A DNA stretch of 64,000 nucleotides from an uncultured Nitrososphaeraceae archaeon (GCA_963765895.1 CAVXZB010000048.1:1-64000), one strand, 5' to 3'; numbered from the stretch's first letter, positions 19,130 to 30,397 are shown. The notes: generated from the letters alone by a model not told the origin. Numbers and translations are program-made.

Positions 19130-19720
19130 AATGCACTGTTTGTAATAGTACATGTCAGATGCTCGCTCTGGGCTTATAGTACCAGTCGCTACTACCTGAA
19201 TGTTGCTAGAGGATACTTCCGTACAGTCTCCTGAAACAGTGTCGCTAAAATCACCATCGTGAAATAGTGTTATTTTGAAAGGACCTGAGCGGTTTTATTG
19301 ATTGATCGTTTGTTGATATGTCGCTTGGGTTTTAGCCGTGAGAATCTTGCTTATCTAACCGAGGTTATTTGCAGGAGTAAAAGAATATGGGAGTCTATTG
19401 GTGATAGTACAGGTCAGAGTTGTGTCTTTATACATGATTTTAGAATTACAGGTGAGGTGTTGTCCAGCGCTAATGGTGCCAGTTGCCTGAGCCTGAAAAC
19501 GAGAAGTCTGGGGGTATCCCCACGCAGTCACCTGAGAAGCGCGAATCAATTGGAAATAGTGGCGATGACGGTGACGACTCTGTCTCCGTTATTTCAAAAC
19601 TACCAGGATCTAATGTAACTAACTGGCTACCACTCGAACCTGTATAGAGAAAGGCGACGGCTGAGGGTTATTGCCAGTAACAGTTATGCCGGATGCTACA
19701 AGTGACCATTTTGCTCCTAG
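19130..19720 (-). pseudogene. Two degenerate extra copies of the C-terminal domain of the 19731-20273 protein
   Basis: GNNPQPSPFS..SQLVTLDPG..SGDC..ATGTISAGQHLTC (copy 2) and GPFKIT..VSGDC..ATGTISP (copy 3), broken by stops/frameshifts. Confidence 0.65.
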
Positions 19721-19730
19721 ACAGATTTCG

Positions 19731-20273
19731 TTAATCAGTAATCGTACATGCCAGTTGTTGTCCTGCATTAATCGTACCAGTTGTAACAAATGGGCCTGTT
19801 TGTATACAATCACCTGACAAGGAAGGTTGAAAGCCAAAAGAAAACGGAGTCGGAAGTGCCAGTATTCTGAAATTACCAGGATCCATTATAACTAACTGGC
19901 TACTCCCATCTGTAAGAGAGAAAGAAGGTGGATGAGGGTTATTACCATTAATAGTTATAGTGAATGTTATCGGTGGACATGCACAGACCAGGTTAACCAA
20001 TAGAGTTCCTGTAGTTCCTGGGTTTGCAGTGGATACACCGTTATTTTCATTATTTGCTGCTCTCTGATTACACGAATTTGATACGGGACTATTAGCATCA
20101 ACTGTATCACAATTTGCATTCTGTTTGGTATCTTGCTTGAAGATTCTAGAGTCAGCAAATACTGCTGTTGGTATACTGGTTGTGTATATTCCTGTTACTA
20201 ATACAGTAGTTAATAGAATTAATACTATCCATGTTTGGTTATGACGAATCGTATAATTCGCTCGATTTATCAA
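19731..20273 (-). CDS. Secreted/surface protein with a C-terminal beta-sandwich-like domain
   Basis: Signal peptide; QNANCDT..NSCNQ; GNNPHPPSF..SQLVIMDPG..SGDC..GTINAGQQLAC. Confidence 0.7.
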   Translation of the reverse strand: MINRANYTIRHNQTWIVLILLTTVLVTGIYTTSIPTAVFADSRIFKQDTKQNANCDTVDANSPVSNSCNQRAANNENNGVSTANPGTTGTLLVNLVCACPPITFTITINGNNPHPPSFSLTDGSSQLVIMDPGNFRILALPTPFSFGFQPSLSGDCIQTGPFVTTGTINAGQQLACTITD

Positions 20274-20523
20274 TATATCTTGCTTGGGTAGCCTGATACT
20301 GATTTCTGTAGTAGGATTTAGTGTGATCGTATTTGTATATTAGATAGCATTGAAACCGATTGTCTCACACGCTGTAATAATACTATACTAGGACATTCAA
20401 ACATAAATGGATAACCAAATCTATCAAATGCAGCAGGTCTACAACCTCGATTTATCATTTCTTGTGCGTGGTTCTCTCCAGTCAAATGACCACATATAAC
20501 TTACTCCAATATTTGCCTGCTTG

Positions 20524-20811
20524 CTACTTATTAAGAAAACATATCCTGATCTTTTTATCGATATTTTTGAATTTATTATATATGTTAGAAGACTCATTTT
20601 TGGTTAGTTTCATCAAGATAACAATCATACAATAAATATCATCATGGAATGATTGTAGTGCCAGAAATGGATCAGTGTACAGATCAACCTTAAAGCCATT
20701 ATCTTCCAGTGATAATTTTAATGATGAATTCTGATTACTATTTATATCGCATTCAGTATCAAAGGATTTGTTCTCCAGAATTAGAATTCTTTTACTAAAC
20801 TCTTGATACAA
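20524..20811 (-). pseudogene. Degenerate response-regulator receiver domain
   Basis: LEDNGFKVDLYTDPFLAL...DKKIRICFL like thaumarchaeal REC proteins; phospho-Asp position altered and C-terminus short. Confidence 0.6.
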
Positions 20812-21066
20812 AGTTACTTAGACGTATAGATACCTGGAGCGCTTATTACTGTTTTTGTATATGCGCAAAAATAGAATAATATAGGAAAGTATTGCCTATT
20901 TTGTCTATATCTCCATCTTTATATTTTGAAAGAATAATTGCAAAACACATTCTTATTAAATAGCAATATTAAGGTGTGTATAGATGATGGTAATGATTGC
21001 ATATAACCAGATTTTTTGCACATTTCAAAGCAATAATACTTAATTCACTATTTTATCAGCTCTCTA

Positions 21067-21288
21067 ATGTCAAATATTAAATCAGAAATTGGAATGGTAC
21101 TTGTGATTGCTGTTACCGCAATAGTTTTCACAGCGTTAGTCGCATCCTCAGTATCTTCTGTACAAGCAGCAGATGGAAACACATCTAGTTCTGCAAACAA
21201 TACATCAGCATCTCCAAGTGGTAGTAGTACTAATAATGCTACCGGTTCCACAGGTTCGGCTGCAAACAGTACTGGATCTACGAAGTGA
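21067..21288 (+). CDS. Small secreted Ser/Thr/Asn-rich protein
   Basis: Signal peptide ending VQA followed by a low-complexity tail. Confidence 0.65.
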   Translation: MSNIKSEIGMVLVIAVTAIVFTALVASSVSSVQAADGNTSSSANNTSASPSGSSTNNATGSTGSAANSTGSTK

Positions 21289-21336
21289 TATACGCAATAA
21301 TGGAATAAGCCTACAACACAATATAGATGTCTAAGT

Positions 21337-21885
21337 ATGACCGAATTAGACAAGATAGTCGATGCAAACGAGCAATACTCCCATAATTTTAAGTATGGCA
21401 ATCTTTCTATTCCACCTGCAAGAAAACTCGCAGTACTTGCATGTATGGATGCTAGGTTAAATGTGAATGAATCTTTAGGACTGGAAACAGGAGACGCACA
21501 TATAATAAGAAATGCTGGAGGCATAGCCACTGACGACGCAATACGGTCACTTATTATTTCACACGAGCTTCTCGGAACACAAGAGTTTGTTGTCATAAAT
21601 CACACAGACTGTGGAATGCTCACATTCATAGATAAGGATCTCCAAAACGACTTGACACAAAAATACAAATTGGATGCAAGCGAAATCATGTTCTACTCTT
21701 TTCCAAATCTTGAAGAAAATGTAAAGAATCAAGTTAACAAGATAAAGTCAACCCCATTTTTGCCCCCAGACATTCCAGTCCATGGCTTCATATACGATGT
21801 GAAAACTGGTAAGATAGAAAGAGTAGATGGTGATCAAAAACATCCGATGAAATATCAATTCCTTCCTCTTCTCCATAATTTTTAA
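21337..21885 (+). CDS. Beta-class carbonic anhydrase (clade D-like)
   Basis: CMDAR, RNAGG and HTDCG zinc ligands; GFIYDVKTG. Confidence 0.93.
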   Translation: MTELDKIVDANEQYSHNFKYGNLSIPPARKLAVLACMDARLNVNESLGLETGDAHIIRNAGGIATDDAIRSLIISHELLGTQEFVVINHTDCGMLTFIDKDLQNDLTQKYKLDASEIMFYSFPNLEENVKNQVNKIKSTPFLPPDIPVHGFIYDVKTGKIERVDGDQKHPMKYQFLPLLHNF

Positions 21886-22408
21886 CCATTAACCTAGATA
21901 GACGACTATGATAAATAACTATGAACCATAATAGGGACTGATCATACTGAGAACAAATAATAAATGAATAAAAATCCACAATTTTTAATATACATAATAA
22001 TTATGAATCTGCAATTAATCAATTAATCAAATAATTCTTATAGTAATTTACCATTCTTTCAAACTCATTTTAGGTTCAATGATATTTGATCAAATTTTCG
22101 AACTTTGAAATACGAACGAACTTTAATGAAATACAAAGATAATTGGATTATTAAATTATTTGATGATTGGATTATGATTATACGGCTACTAACTGAAACT
22201 ACATAAATGACAGTATAAAATTATAGTTGGATTGTATTGGATTGGTTGGGAAGATGCATTAATCCAACCGATCCTTCTGGTTTCTATTAACCTGATGTAT
22301 GTTTGATTTGGCTTTTTATTTTTATGCACATGCCTACCACATTTTTTTGCGAGAGTAGAGTTCACTGATGAACAGAAATCTAAAGTCGCATTGGTATCGT
22401 ACTATAAC

Positions 22409-22678
22409 TTATGAAATCATCACTGATGACTTAATTCTACCATCTTTGCAAACAGGGCAGGTCACGGCTGCATGTTCGTGCATCATATCAATACTGTCAG
22501 AATAATCTGTGTATGAGACTGACCAAGAACATGAATTACATGATAATAAACTCCTATGCATTGATCCATCATTGCAAGACTTTGGAACCTTGGTTCTTAT
22601 AGCACCACTTATAGGCTTTTGAAACTTTTCAGTTGACAGACTATTTGGTGTTGGGACAGATACAGATATCGACTTCAT
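22409..22678 (-). CDS. Small zinc-ribbon protein
   Basis: CNSCSW...CPVCK. Confidence 0.6.
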   Translation of the reverse strand: MKSISVSVPTPNSLSTEKFQKPISGAIRTKVPKSCNDGSMHRSLLSCNSCSWSVSYTDYSDSIDMMHEHAAVTCPVCKDGRIKSSVMIS

Positions 22679-23286
22679 TTGTCTAATTCTAACTAATAAT
22701 AATATTCAATTGGTAATATAACCAAATCTAAATATGCAATTACAACATAAATATGCATGTTTGGTATGTATATGTATCCCAGCCAGCGTTGTCATGACAT
22801 ATTACAAGTTGTTATTCTAAGTACATAGATTTAACAATTCAAACCCAATCACATTTTCCAAAAATCATAGCAGATATTTTATGCACCTATTTGTTGGAAT
22901 AATCTATTTTTGAATATGATAAAAATTGTAACAGGATGAAACAATTTGTGATTGCTGGTTTAATTATCTTGCAGTAACAAATGTGTTTGTCAATCTAAGC
23001 GTGTATGATATCAGTTAACTCATTTGCTTTACGAAAGGCCATAATAAAAGGTAGTAACTTATGATATATAAAATACATAAACATCATCTTAGAAAAGACC
23101 CAGTAAAATAAGTTAGTTAGATCAGCGCTCTATATATGCAATCATCAATCACTTAATATGCAAAATTAGTATTATATATGCCAATGTATATCCTAGATTG
23201 TAACTAGTTTGCACATTTAGTAATGACAATATATACTATTCTTTAATATCAATCGATGCAGATTTTGCAATGTATCCAAAGATTCT

Positions 23287-24342
23287 ATGCTTAAGGATCT
23301 TGTTAAAGAGAGAGTAGACTCCATCAAACCACGGAAAGAAGGTTTAAGTTATATTACTGATAGGCTACATGCAATAGATGCTGACAATTTTGAAATTCTC
23401 TCACCTATGATAGATGTTGTAAAGATTTACGGCGTGATTCCATTATTAGTACCTGAAGAAATAATACAAAAGAGAATAAAGTTCTATCATGATCATGATA
23501 TCTTTGTTTCAACAGGAAGTACTATTACAGAATATGCAATAATGGAGAATTCATTTGAGAGATTTGTTGTAGAAGCTGAGAAAGTGGGCTTTGATATAAT
23601 AGAAGTAGGTGAAAATAGTATCGATATAAAATTAGAGCAAAAACAGAAGATAATAAATACCATTTTATCGCGAAATCTGAAGTATAATTGGAAAGTGGGT
23701 AGAAAAGATCCAAGACATCAACTAGGAATTGGCAAGACGCTAGAAAAAATAGAAGATTTGATGAAGATTAGAGACACTAATGGAAGAACAAGTATGGGAG
23801 AAGATAACAACAATAAAAACATTAATAATAAAATTAGTCTTGATAACAAGATAATACTTGAAGCAAATGAGGGTTTCAATGTCGGTATTTATGACGAAAA
23901 AGGTCTTGTTAAATGGAGCTTTATAGAAGCATTAACTGCAAACTATCCCCCTGGTGATTTTATTTTCGAAGTACCACTTGAATTACAACAATCTGCCATG
24001 ATAGCTGAATTTGGGCAGAGAGTAAATCTTGCCGCTATTACTCTGAAGGCAGTTATTCAGGTTGAATCTCAAAGAAGGGGATTTTTATCAAAATCATCAT
24101 ATGATGTCTCATACAATCGTAAGGAACCCGAAGGAGGACCATCATCAAAATTCCTCTACTACATAATAAAGACAAAGCACCCTATTGAACAAGGCGAACT
24201 GATTACATTAACACATTTACCCAGAAGAACAATCCAGAATGCCATAGACGAATTAAAACAACAAGGATTGGTAACAGAGAAAAATGGTCTTGGAGATACC
24301 AGGAAGAAGGTCTACTATCCTATACACTCAGATTGGCTTTAA
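23287..24342 (+). CDS. Phosphosulfolactate synthase (ComA)-like TIM barrel fused to a C-terminal wHTH
   Basis: KPRKEGL, GFDIIEV, VGRK, GIYDEKG, IFEVP..QQ..FGQRVNL, RRG; tail IEQGELITLTHLPRRTIQNAIDELKQQGLV..DTRKKVY is MarR/wHTH-like. Confidence 0.85.
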   Translation: MLKDLVKERVDSIKPRKEGLSYITDRLHAIDADNFEILSPMIDVVKIYGVIPLLVPEEIIQKRIKFYHDHDIFVSTGSTITEYAIMENSFERFVVEAEKVGFDIIEVGENSIDIKLEQKQKIINTILSRNLKYNWKVGRKDPRHQLGIGKTLEKIEDLMKIRDTNGRTSMGEDNNNKNINNKISLDNKIILEANEGFNVGIYDEKGLVKWSFIEALTANYPPGDFIFEVPLELQQSAMIAEFGQRVNLAAITLKAVIQVESQRRGFLSKSSYDVSYNRKEPEGGPSSKFLYYIIKTKHPIEQGELITLTHLPRRTIQNAIDELKQQGLVTEKNGLGDTRKKVYYPIHSDWL

Positions 24343-24922
24343 TTCTTTAACTGATTAGTGAACAAACGAATAAATGAATAAAAGTCGATATTAACAATTA
24401 CTTTTCAAATATCTTTATCCTGGGCTATTCACTTTAAGTTACTATAGTAATTACCAGCTTTTGCACAAAGTCAACATAATCAATATAAAAATAGACACAT
24501 ATTCAACAGAATAGAGTTTTTCCAGTATGCATATTTGCTTATTTTTCTTGTCTCATATGATTGATTGATTTATTCCATATTTTATAACCTGTGCAATTCA
24601 GTCTAGCATGTGCAAGTTATTCCTTTCGTTATTTGTCATATATTAATTATGTAGACCAGATTCATGTGACAATGACTTTCTAAAGTAAATGATCTTATTT
24701 ATATCTGCTAAATTAAGATTATTGATGGGTGTTCCATGTGTACTTGTATGATGCCTTACTGAAAACAAACTCTAATATATGTAATGTATGCATGAGAATT
24801 GACCTTTTTTGCATAATTTAAAGTATAGTTGATCCTCTTATAAGATATATTTAATTTAAGTAGTAGTAATAGCCGTCCTAATCTAATTAAATTAGAATAC
24901 CAAAGATGTAAATAAGAAATAT

Positions 24923-25201
24923 ATGAACATCAATAACAACAATAGAAACAAAATGGCAGTACTGACAGTAGTAACGATATTGGTAATTACAGCTATGACA
25001 GTGACAGCACTAAATCAGACAGTATTTGCTCACGAACACAACAGTAAGTATAATAGTGATAAGCTTAAAGAAACCCAAACTCTGGCCCAGGCAAATAACT
25101 CAGGAAATGGCGTATTACCAGTGAAAGTCTCCAGTCAGAACTCTGCTTCTCAAGTACTGGATAAAGATAACATAGTAAATGTGTCAGGACACCAATCATA
25201 A
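24923..25201 (+). CDS. Small secreted hypothetical protein
   Basis: Signal peptide ending VFA; QANNSGNG..SSQNSASQ motif common in Nitrososphaeraceae. Confidence 0.6.
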   Translation: MNINNNNRNKMAVLTVVTILVITAMTVTALNQTVFAHEHNSKYNSDKLKETQTLAQANNSGNGVLPVKVSSQNSASQVLDKDNIVNVSGHQS

Positions 25202-25338
25202 TTCTCAACCCTATTTTGTATTTTCACTTATTCGTTTTGGCTTTATTTTATACCAACATATACGAAAGTATTGCATATATCAACATTTTCTACGTATTGA
25301 AAAGCAATCATATATCTATCATCACAATATACCGACAG

Positions 25339-26514
25339 ATGAAATTATCAAAGTTATCATCATCAATAACGCGAACAATGAATGCAGAATACACTCGAGT
25401 AAGAAAGGGATCAATAATTGCAATAATTGCAATAACAGTCCTTATCATTTCATCAACACCTGTATTCTCTTCTCTGACATATCACCAAAATAACTATGCC
25501 TATGCACAAGGAACAACTTCACAAAAGAAAGTATTAAGACTAGGGTATTTTCCTAATGTTAACCATGCTCAAGCAGTTATAGGAATTCAAACAGACGACT
25601 TTAAAAAACAGTTAGGAAGCAATATTGATCTTCAACCAACTACTTTTAATGCAGGACCCTCAGCTATAGAAGCTCTCTTAGCAAAGAGAATAGATGCCAC
25701 TTATGTTGGCTCCAATCCTGCAATTAATGGTTACGTAGCCTCTGGAGGAAAAGATTTAAGGATAATTTCCGGTGCTGCAAGTGGAGGAGCAGTCTTTGTA
25801 GTTCGAAATGACTCAGGGATTAACTCTCCTAAAGATTTTGCAGGTAAGAAATTTGCCACGCCTCAGCTTGGAAATACACAAGATGTAGCATTGAGAAAGT
25901 ATCTTTTAGACCATGGCTATAAAACTACAGAAAATGGTGGAAATGTAACCGTAGTTCCAGTATCAAATGCAGATACCTTGACTTTATTTCTAAAGAAACA
26001 GCTAGATGGAGCATGGGTGCCAGAACCATGGGGAGCTAGATTGGTAAAGGAAGGTGGTGGCAAGATATTGCTAGATGAAAGGGACTTGTGGCCACAAGGT
26101 AAATTTGTAACTAACAATTTAGTTGTTAGAACAGATTATCTACAAAATAACCCTGATGTCATAAAGAAATTGCTAGCTGCAAATGTAAATGAAACGTTAT
26201 GGATCAATAGCCATAAAGAACAAACTGCCAAACTACTAAATGATGGCATCAAGAAACTTACTGGAAAGGCAATACCTGCAGATGTGTTAAATGCAAGTCT
26301 ATCTAGGATAGATTTTACCTACGATCCTCTAAAGTTGCAATTATTGCAGTCTGCAAATAACGCATTTGATGTGGGTTATCTAGGTAAACAACGTCCTGAC
26401 TTGTCAGGAATATTTGATACTACTTTGATAGATCAAGTTCTGAAAGAAAAGAAATTGCCACCTTTAGAACAGAATGCAAATGCTACAGCGGCAAGCTTGG
26501 GAGCAGTGCAATAA
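25339..26514 (+). CDS. ssuA: Aliphatic sulfonate ABC transporter substrate-binding protein (SsuA/NMT1-like), orphan
   Basis: LRLGYFPNVNHAQA, FNAGPSAIEAL, ATPQLGNTQDVALR, WVPEPW; real start probably 25339 or 25378. Confidence 0.88.
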   Translation: MKLSKLSSSITRTMNAEYTRVRKGSIIAIIAITVLIISSTPVFSSLTYHQNNYAYAQGTTSQKKVLRLGYFPNVNHAQAVIGIQTDDFKKQLGSNIDLQPTTFNAGPSAIEALLAKRIDATYVGSNPAINGYVASGGKDLRIISGAASGGAVFVVRNDSGINSPKDFAGKKFATPQLGNTQDVALRKYLLDHGYKTTENGGNVTVVPVSNADTLTLFLKKQLDGAWVPEPWGARLVKEGGGKILLDERDLWPQGKFVTNNLVVRTDYLQNNPDVIKKLLAANVNETLWINSHKEQTAKLLNDGIKKLTGKAIPADVLNASLSRIDFTYDPLKLQLLQSANNAFDVGYLGKQRPDLSGIFDTTLIDQVLKEKKLPPLEQNANATAASLGAVQ

Positions 26515-26864
26515 TAATAGAAAAGGGTCTACTCATTTCTTTTTTTCTTTTATTCACATTTTGTATTTTTATTATCACACTTAACATTTCTCTGTTGTTC
26601 CTATGAATATCATGCTTATCATCATGTGTTTAAGACATTTAGGTTAATAGTACTATGCTAAAGCAGTGAATGAATCTTTTTCTAAAGATTATCTAAGATA
26701 GATTTCTCCCATTTTCTCAATTATACAAGACATTTTATTGTATGTGATATTTGCGTATAAAGTTATCATAGAAGCAAAAAAACATGCAATATTTGCATAT
26801 AATATGTAATTTATGCATAAAAAAGGCCAATCTTTAAATAGTATTAATTTAATAAGTTCTAGTA

Positions 26865-27227
26865 ATGAGCGCTAAAATTAATATGAAACTACAAAATCCT
26901 ACCTATCAAACATGCATCGATGCATGTAACACTTGCTGCGAATGCTGCGAGGCCTGTTGTACAGCATGTATGTCTAATGCCGAAATGGCTGGAATGATGA
27001 CACGATGCATGATGATGTGCCGTGACTGTGCGGATATGTGTATGATGGCTTCATGCGTGATGTCAAGAGGTAGCGAATATGCAAAGCAGATGTGTGAGAT
27101 GTGTGCTGATGTATGCGACGCATGTGCAATGGAATGTGATAAACATACATCAAAAATGGAAGAATGTAAAATGTGTGCTGATGCTTGTCGTGCATGTGCA
27201 AAAGAATGTAGGAATATGATGAGATAA
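26865..27227 (+). CDS. Four-helix-bundle copper-binding/storage protein (DUF326, Csp3-like)
   Basis: 24 Cys and 20 Met in 120 aa, in CxxxCxxC repeats (CRDCADMC, CADVCDACAMEC, CADACRAC). Confidence 0.9.
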   Translation: MSAKINMKLQNPTYQTCIDACNTCCECCEACCTACMSNAEMAGMMTRCMMMCRDCADMCMMASCVMSRGSEYAKQMCEMCADVCDACAMECDKHTSKMEECKMCADACRACAKECRNMMR

Positions 27228-27660
27228 GGTAGGTAAAAGAGCAGACAAAACTACCGGAATATCTTTTTAAATTTCTCCTCATTTTATTTATCTATTTATA
27301 TTTCATTGAGAGGTTTTATTGTGTTATTGTTATCAATATGATTCTGGATATATCTAAGTAGAAAAGAATACATTCTAAACATAGGGAATAATTCTAGATT
27401 GTACTCTACCAAATTATGATATAGAAGGTATTACTGTAGCTATATGATAAACAGGTTATCTGGCATATTTTACGCCTATCATTATTTTTTGCATATTTAA
27501 AATAGATAATATACTCAATTAGATAAACTATAGTCAGAGAAATGATACTCCTCTCATACAATCTATATTTTGTTAAACGATTTGATAATAATATATGCAA
27601 TCAGGGCACGGAAACAAAACAGGACATATTCAGGCTACAAATAAGAGAAGTTGTTAGATT

Positions 27661-28419
27661 ATGGCATTTGGAATTTTTGAAGAAATACTAAGACTCGTTG
27701 AATATATACCCATAAGAAGTGATGTCCCAATTAACAGTAAGCTAGAAGACACTGTGACAATAGATTCACAGTTTCATTTTCATGATATCGATGGTGTAGC
27801 GACTAGACTAGGAATAATAGAACCAGCCATCGACTCTCTTGTTGGTCTTCGGGACATAGTCAGACTCTTAAATAAATTCCTAAAGGATGCTAAAATAGAA
27901 GAGATAGTAAGTAAAAAGCGATACAACATATTACAAGATACTATCAGAAGCAATAATTATTTCAGATACTCTTCGAAATTATACCAGTCTTCAGGTCTAC
28001 CATTAAAGGGCCTATTATTTGATTTTTGTCTTTCTGTATTGGATTATTCAGAAAGAACTGGGCCTACTAGTGAGACCATAAAATACAATTATAATGAAAG
28101 GATAGATACCAAGCTCTATCTCACACACTGCTCTTATCTACTTGGCCTCCACAAGAGACTCACTATTGTTTTGGCAGTAATTGCAAATGAGCCTTCACTG
28201 CATCAGGATAAGGATGTAAGACTACTTCTCACATTACTTGCACGACTATCTGAACCTGACAATATTGACATCTATTTTGATGGTGATAATAGTGGATTTA
28301 ATAGAAGATATGCCACGTATTTACGAGAATTAAAGCATCTTGCGATTCAGTTGCCACTATCTAATAAGAAGGGAGAACAGAATATAATCAAAGAAGAAAT
28401 AAAAACGACCAAAGTGTAA
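27661..28419 (+). CDS. Hypothetical protein
   Basis: 252-aa ORF; no family recognised. Confidence 0.65.
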   Translation: MAFGIFEEILRLVEYIPIRSDVPINSKLEDTVTIDSQFHFHDIDGVATRLGIIEPAIDSLVGLRDIVRLLNKFLKDAKIEEIVSKKRYNILQDTIRSNNYFRYSSKLYQSSGLPLKGLLFDFCLSVLDYSERTGPTSETIKYNYNERIDTKLYLTHCSYLLGLHKRLTIVLAVIANEPSLHQDKDVRLLLTLLARLSEPDNIDIYFDGDNSGFNRRYATYLRELKHLAIQLPLSNKKGEQNIIKEEIKTTKV

Positions 28420-28424
28420 CTGGA

Positions 28425-28620
28425 CTAAAAAATAGCTGGTAAGATAGTCCAGATGTTATCAACACTGAATCTAAAACGTATATCATGTAATGCATGTTTG
28501 TATGCCGGTAGACTTTGGATAAATGACACTGATGACATTGATGACAGTGAGGGAACCACAGCAAACTCGCCCAGATACTTATTCCAAATGTCAGATACAA
28601 AGCGCCCAAAGACCTGATCA
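28425..28620 (-). pseudogene. Partial paralog of the middle of the 28618-29514 protein
   Basis: SSVSFIQSLPAYKHALHDIRFRFSVDNIWT vs SSVSFIDNLPSQRHSVHDIRLRFKAEEIWST. Confidence 0.75.
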
Positions 28621-29514
28621 TGTATGCAACTTTTCATGTATGGCTGCATCTAACCTTATGCCAGGATACTCTTGACGCTCTTTTCTAATTCTAATTCCAT
28701 CTTTCATATCCTTTGAGTAAATGCGAAGTAAAGCATGTTCTCCGTCCTCCCATGTCATCTCAAATTTCTCACCTGTATACTCGCTTAAGGAATCTGTACC
28801 AAAGTGCCACATAGTTACGATCCATGTGTTATGGTTTGATATGTGAATTTGCGGCACTGTGGACGTAGCGTGCGCGCAGCCTGTTACTAATGCTAATAGC
28901 CTTTCCTCTACTGATGTCAGCAGATTTGACAAGCAAATAAGACCTTCATGATCAACTACTACTGGTTTCATGGAACAGGATATGATGACACTGACAGTGT
29001 CAGAGTGGTGTACGACTGTCTTTGCCTCCATATCGTAGGCCTGAATAGGCATTAGAGAAATGTCTTTACTCACTTCATTAGGGACCAGCTCTGGATGGGT
29101 ATGACGTATTGTCGACCAAATCTCTTCAGCTTTGAATCTAAGGCGGATATCGTGTACAGAGTGTCTTTGAGAAGGTAAGTTATCGATAAATGACACTGAT
29201 GACAGATGGAAGACCACCGTACGGTTATCTGTCATCTCATGTTTAGACTTAGCAAAGTGAACTCCTTTTAAACTGTAAAATGCAGGACAAGAAATGTATT
29301 CTAGTTGTGCGTAACCACTTCTTACATGTTGCGAAATCTTATTCCTAAATGTTCCATGGGTCATGCTATATTTCTTGCCATCCACTTCAAAGTCTAAAAA
29401 ATCGCGAAAGCAAAACGGTCTTTTCTCGACTCGTACTATCCTTTGTATATGAACCTTCATTGCATAATCTAACTTTGTCTTGCCCATTCCTATGTCACCC
29501 AGAATACTAAACAC
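28618..29514 (-). CDS. Conserved hypothetical protein of Nitrososphaeraceae integrated elements
   Basis: EKRPFCFRDF, HGTFRNKIS, HDIRLRF, WIVTMWHFGTD, RKERQEYP. Confidence 0.75.
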   Translation of the reverse strand: MFSILGDIGMGKTKLDYAMKVHIQRIVRVEKRPFCFRDFLDFEVDGKKYSMTHGTFRNKISQHVRSGYAQLEYISCPAFYSLKGVHFAKSKHEMTDNRTVVFHLSSVSFIDNLPSQRHSVHDIRLRFKAEEIWSTIRHTHPELVPNEVSKDISLMPIQAYDMEAKTVVHHSDTVSVIISCSMKPVVVDHEGLICLSNLLTSVEERLLALVTGCAHATSTVPQIHISNHNTWIVTMWHFGTDSLSEYTGEKFEMTWEDGEHALLRIYSKDMKDGIRIRKERQEYPGIRLDAAIHEKLHT

Positions 29515-29535
29515 TAGTACGTGTCATTGTCATCG

Positions 29536-30397
29536 TTAGATTATCTGCTCCGAATCGCGATTTTCTTCTTGAATTTGAACATTAAAGATCCTTTTAGTGG
29601 CAGGATCAACTTTTGCAATGAATGAAACATATCGGATACGTTTCTTGAAAGATGACGCCATATGTTGTTGCAAAGGATCGTATGGATATTGAAATTGAAC
29701 ATCAAAGGATTTATCTTCTTGATTTTGAGGTATGCCCGCTTCTAACTTAGACCTAAGATCTTTGATTTGTATGTGTAAGGCGGAATTCTCGTCCGATTTA
29801 GACTGTAAATCGGACTGAAGTCTTTCGATTTTGGTCTTGAGCTCAACGACAGTAGCTTGGTCCGATAATTGTTGGTCTGCAGTAGTAAATGAAGTAGATT
29901 TTTTGATTTCTTCTTCTAGATCCTTACCAACAGGAGATGCATCTGTGTTCAGATTTTCTACATCTGGAGGCCGGCCCTCATAATTTACAATAATATTGTT
30001 AGGATCGGCGTCTAATATTGCAGCTGATTCAATTTCCGAGTTTCCGGATGCATCAACCAGTACTAGTGGGGCAGTCTGTTGCTCTTTTTGAGAGATCGAC
30101 AAATTTTCGTTCTTTTCCTTTTTAGGCCTGGTCTTTTTCTTCCATTCATCCTGACAATGTAGTTCTATAGCTCTAGTCGTAACGAGTCCTTCGAGCTATC
30201 TCCTCTCGTAATGTGCCTTTAATTTCTCTACAGATACTTTCGGGCTTTGAAACTATACGCTCGAATGCTTTACCTAATGTAATGATCAGTTGCTCACGCT
30301 GGATGAAAAAATTTTTGAATTCTTGTTTGACTTTTGCGATTATAGAATCTATATCTAAATCGTCGTGGTCAATGATGCTTTGTTCATTTGAACTCAA
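29536..30397 (-). pseudogene. Frameshifted coiled-coil hypothetical protein
   Basis: ORFs 30173-30397 and 29536-30102 are joined by in-between sequence IELHCQDEWKKKTRPKKEKNENLS. Confidence 0.6.

Noticed and set aside
21990-22260. AATCAATT/ATTGGATT low-complexity tract
   Set aside because: Short imperfect repeats in very AT-rich DNA; compatible with chance or slippage.
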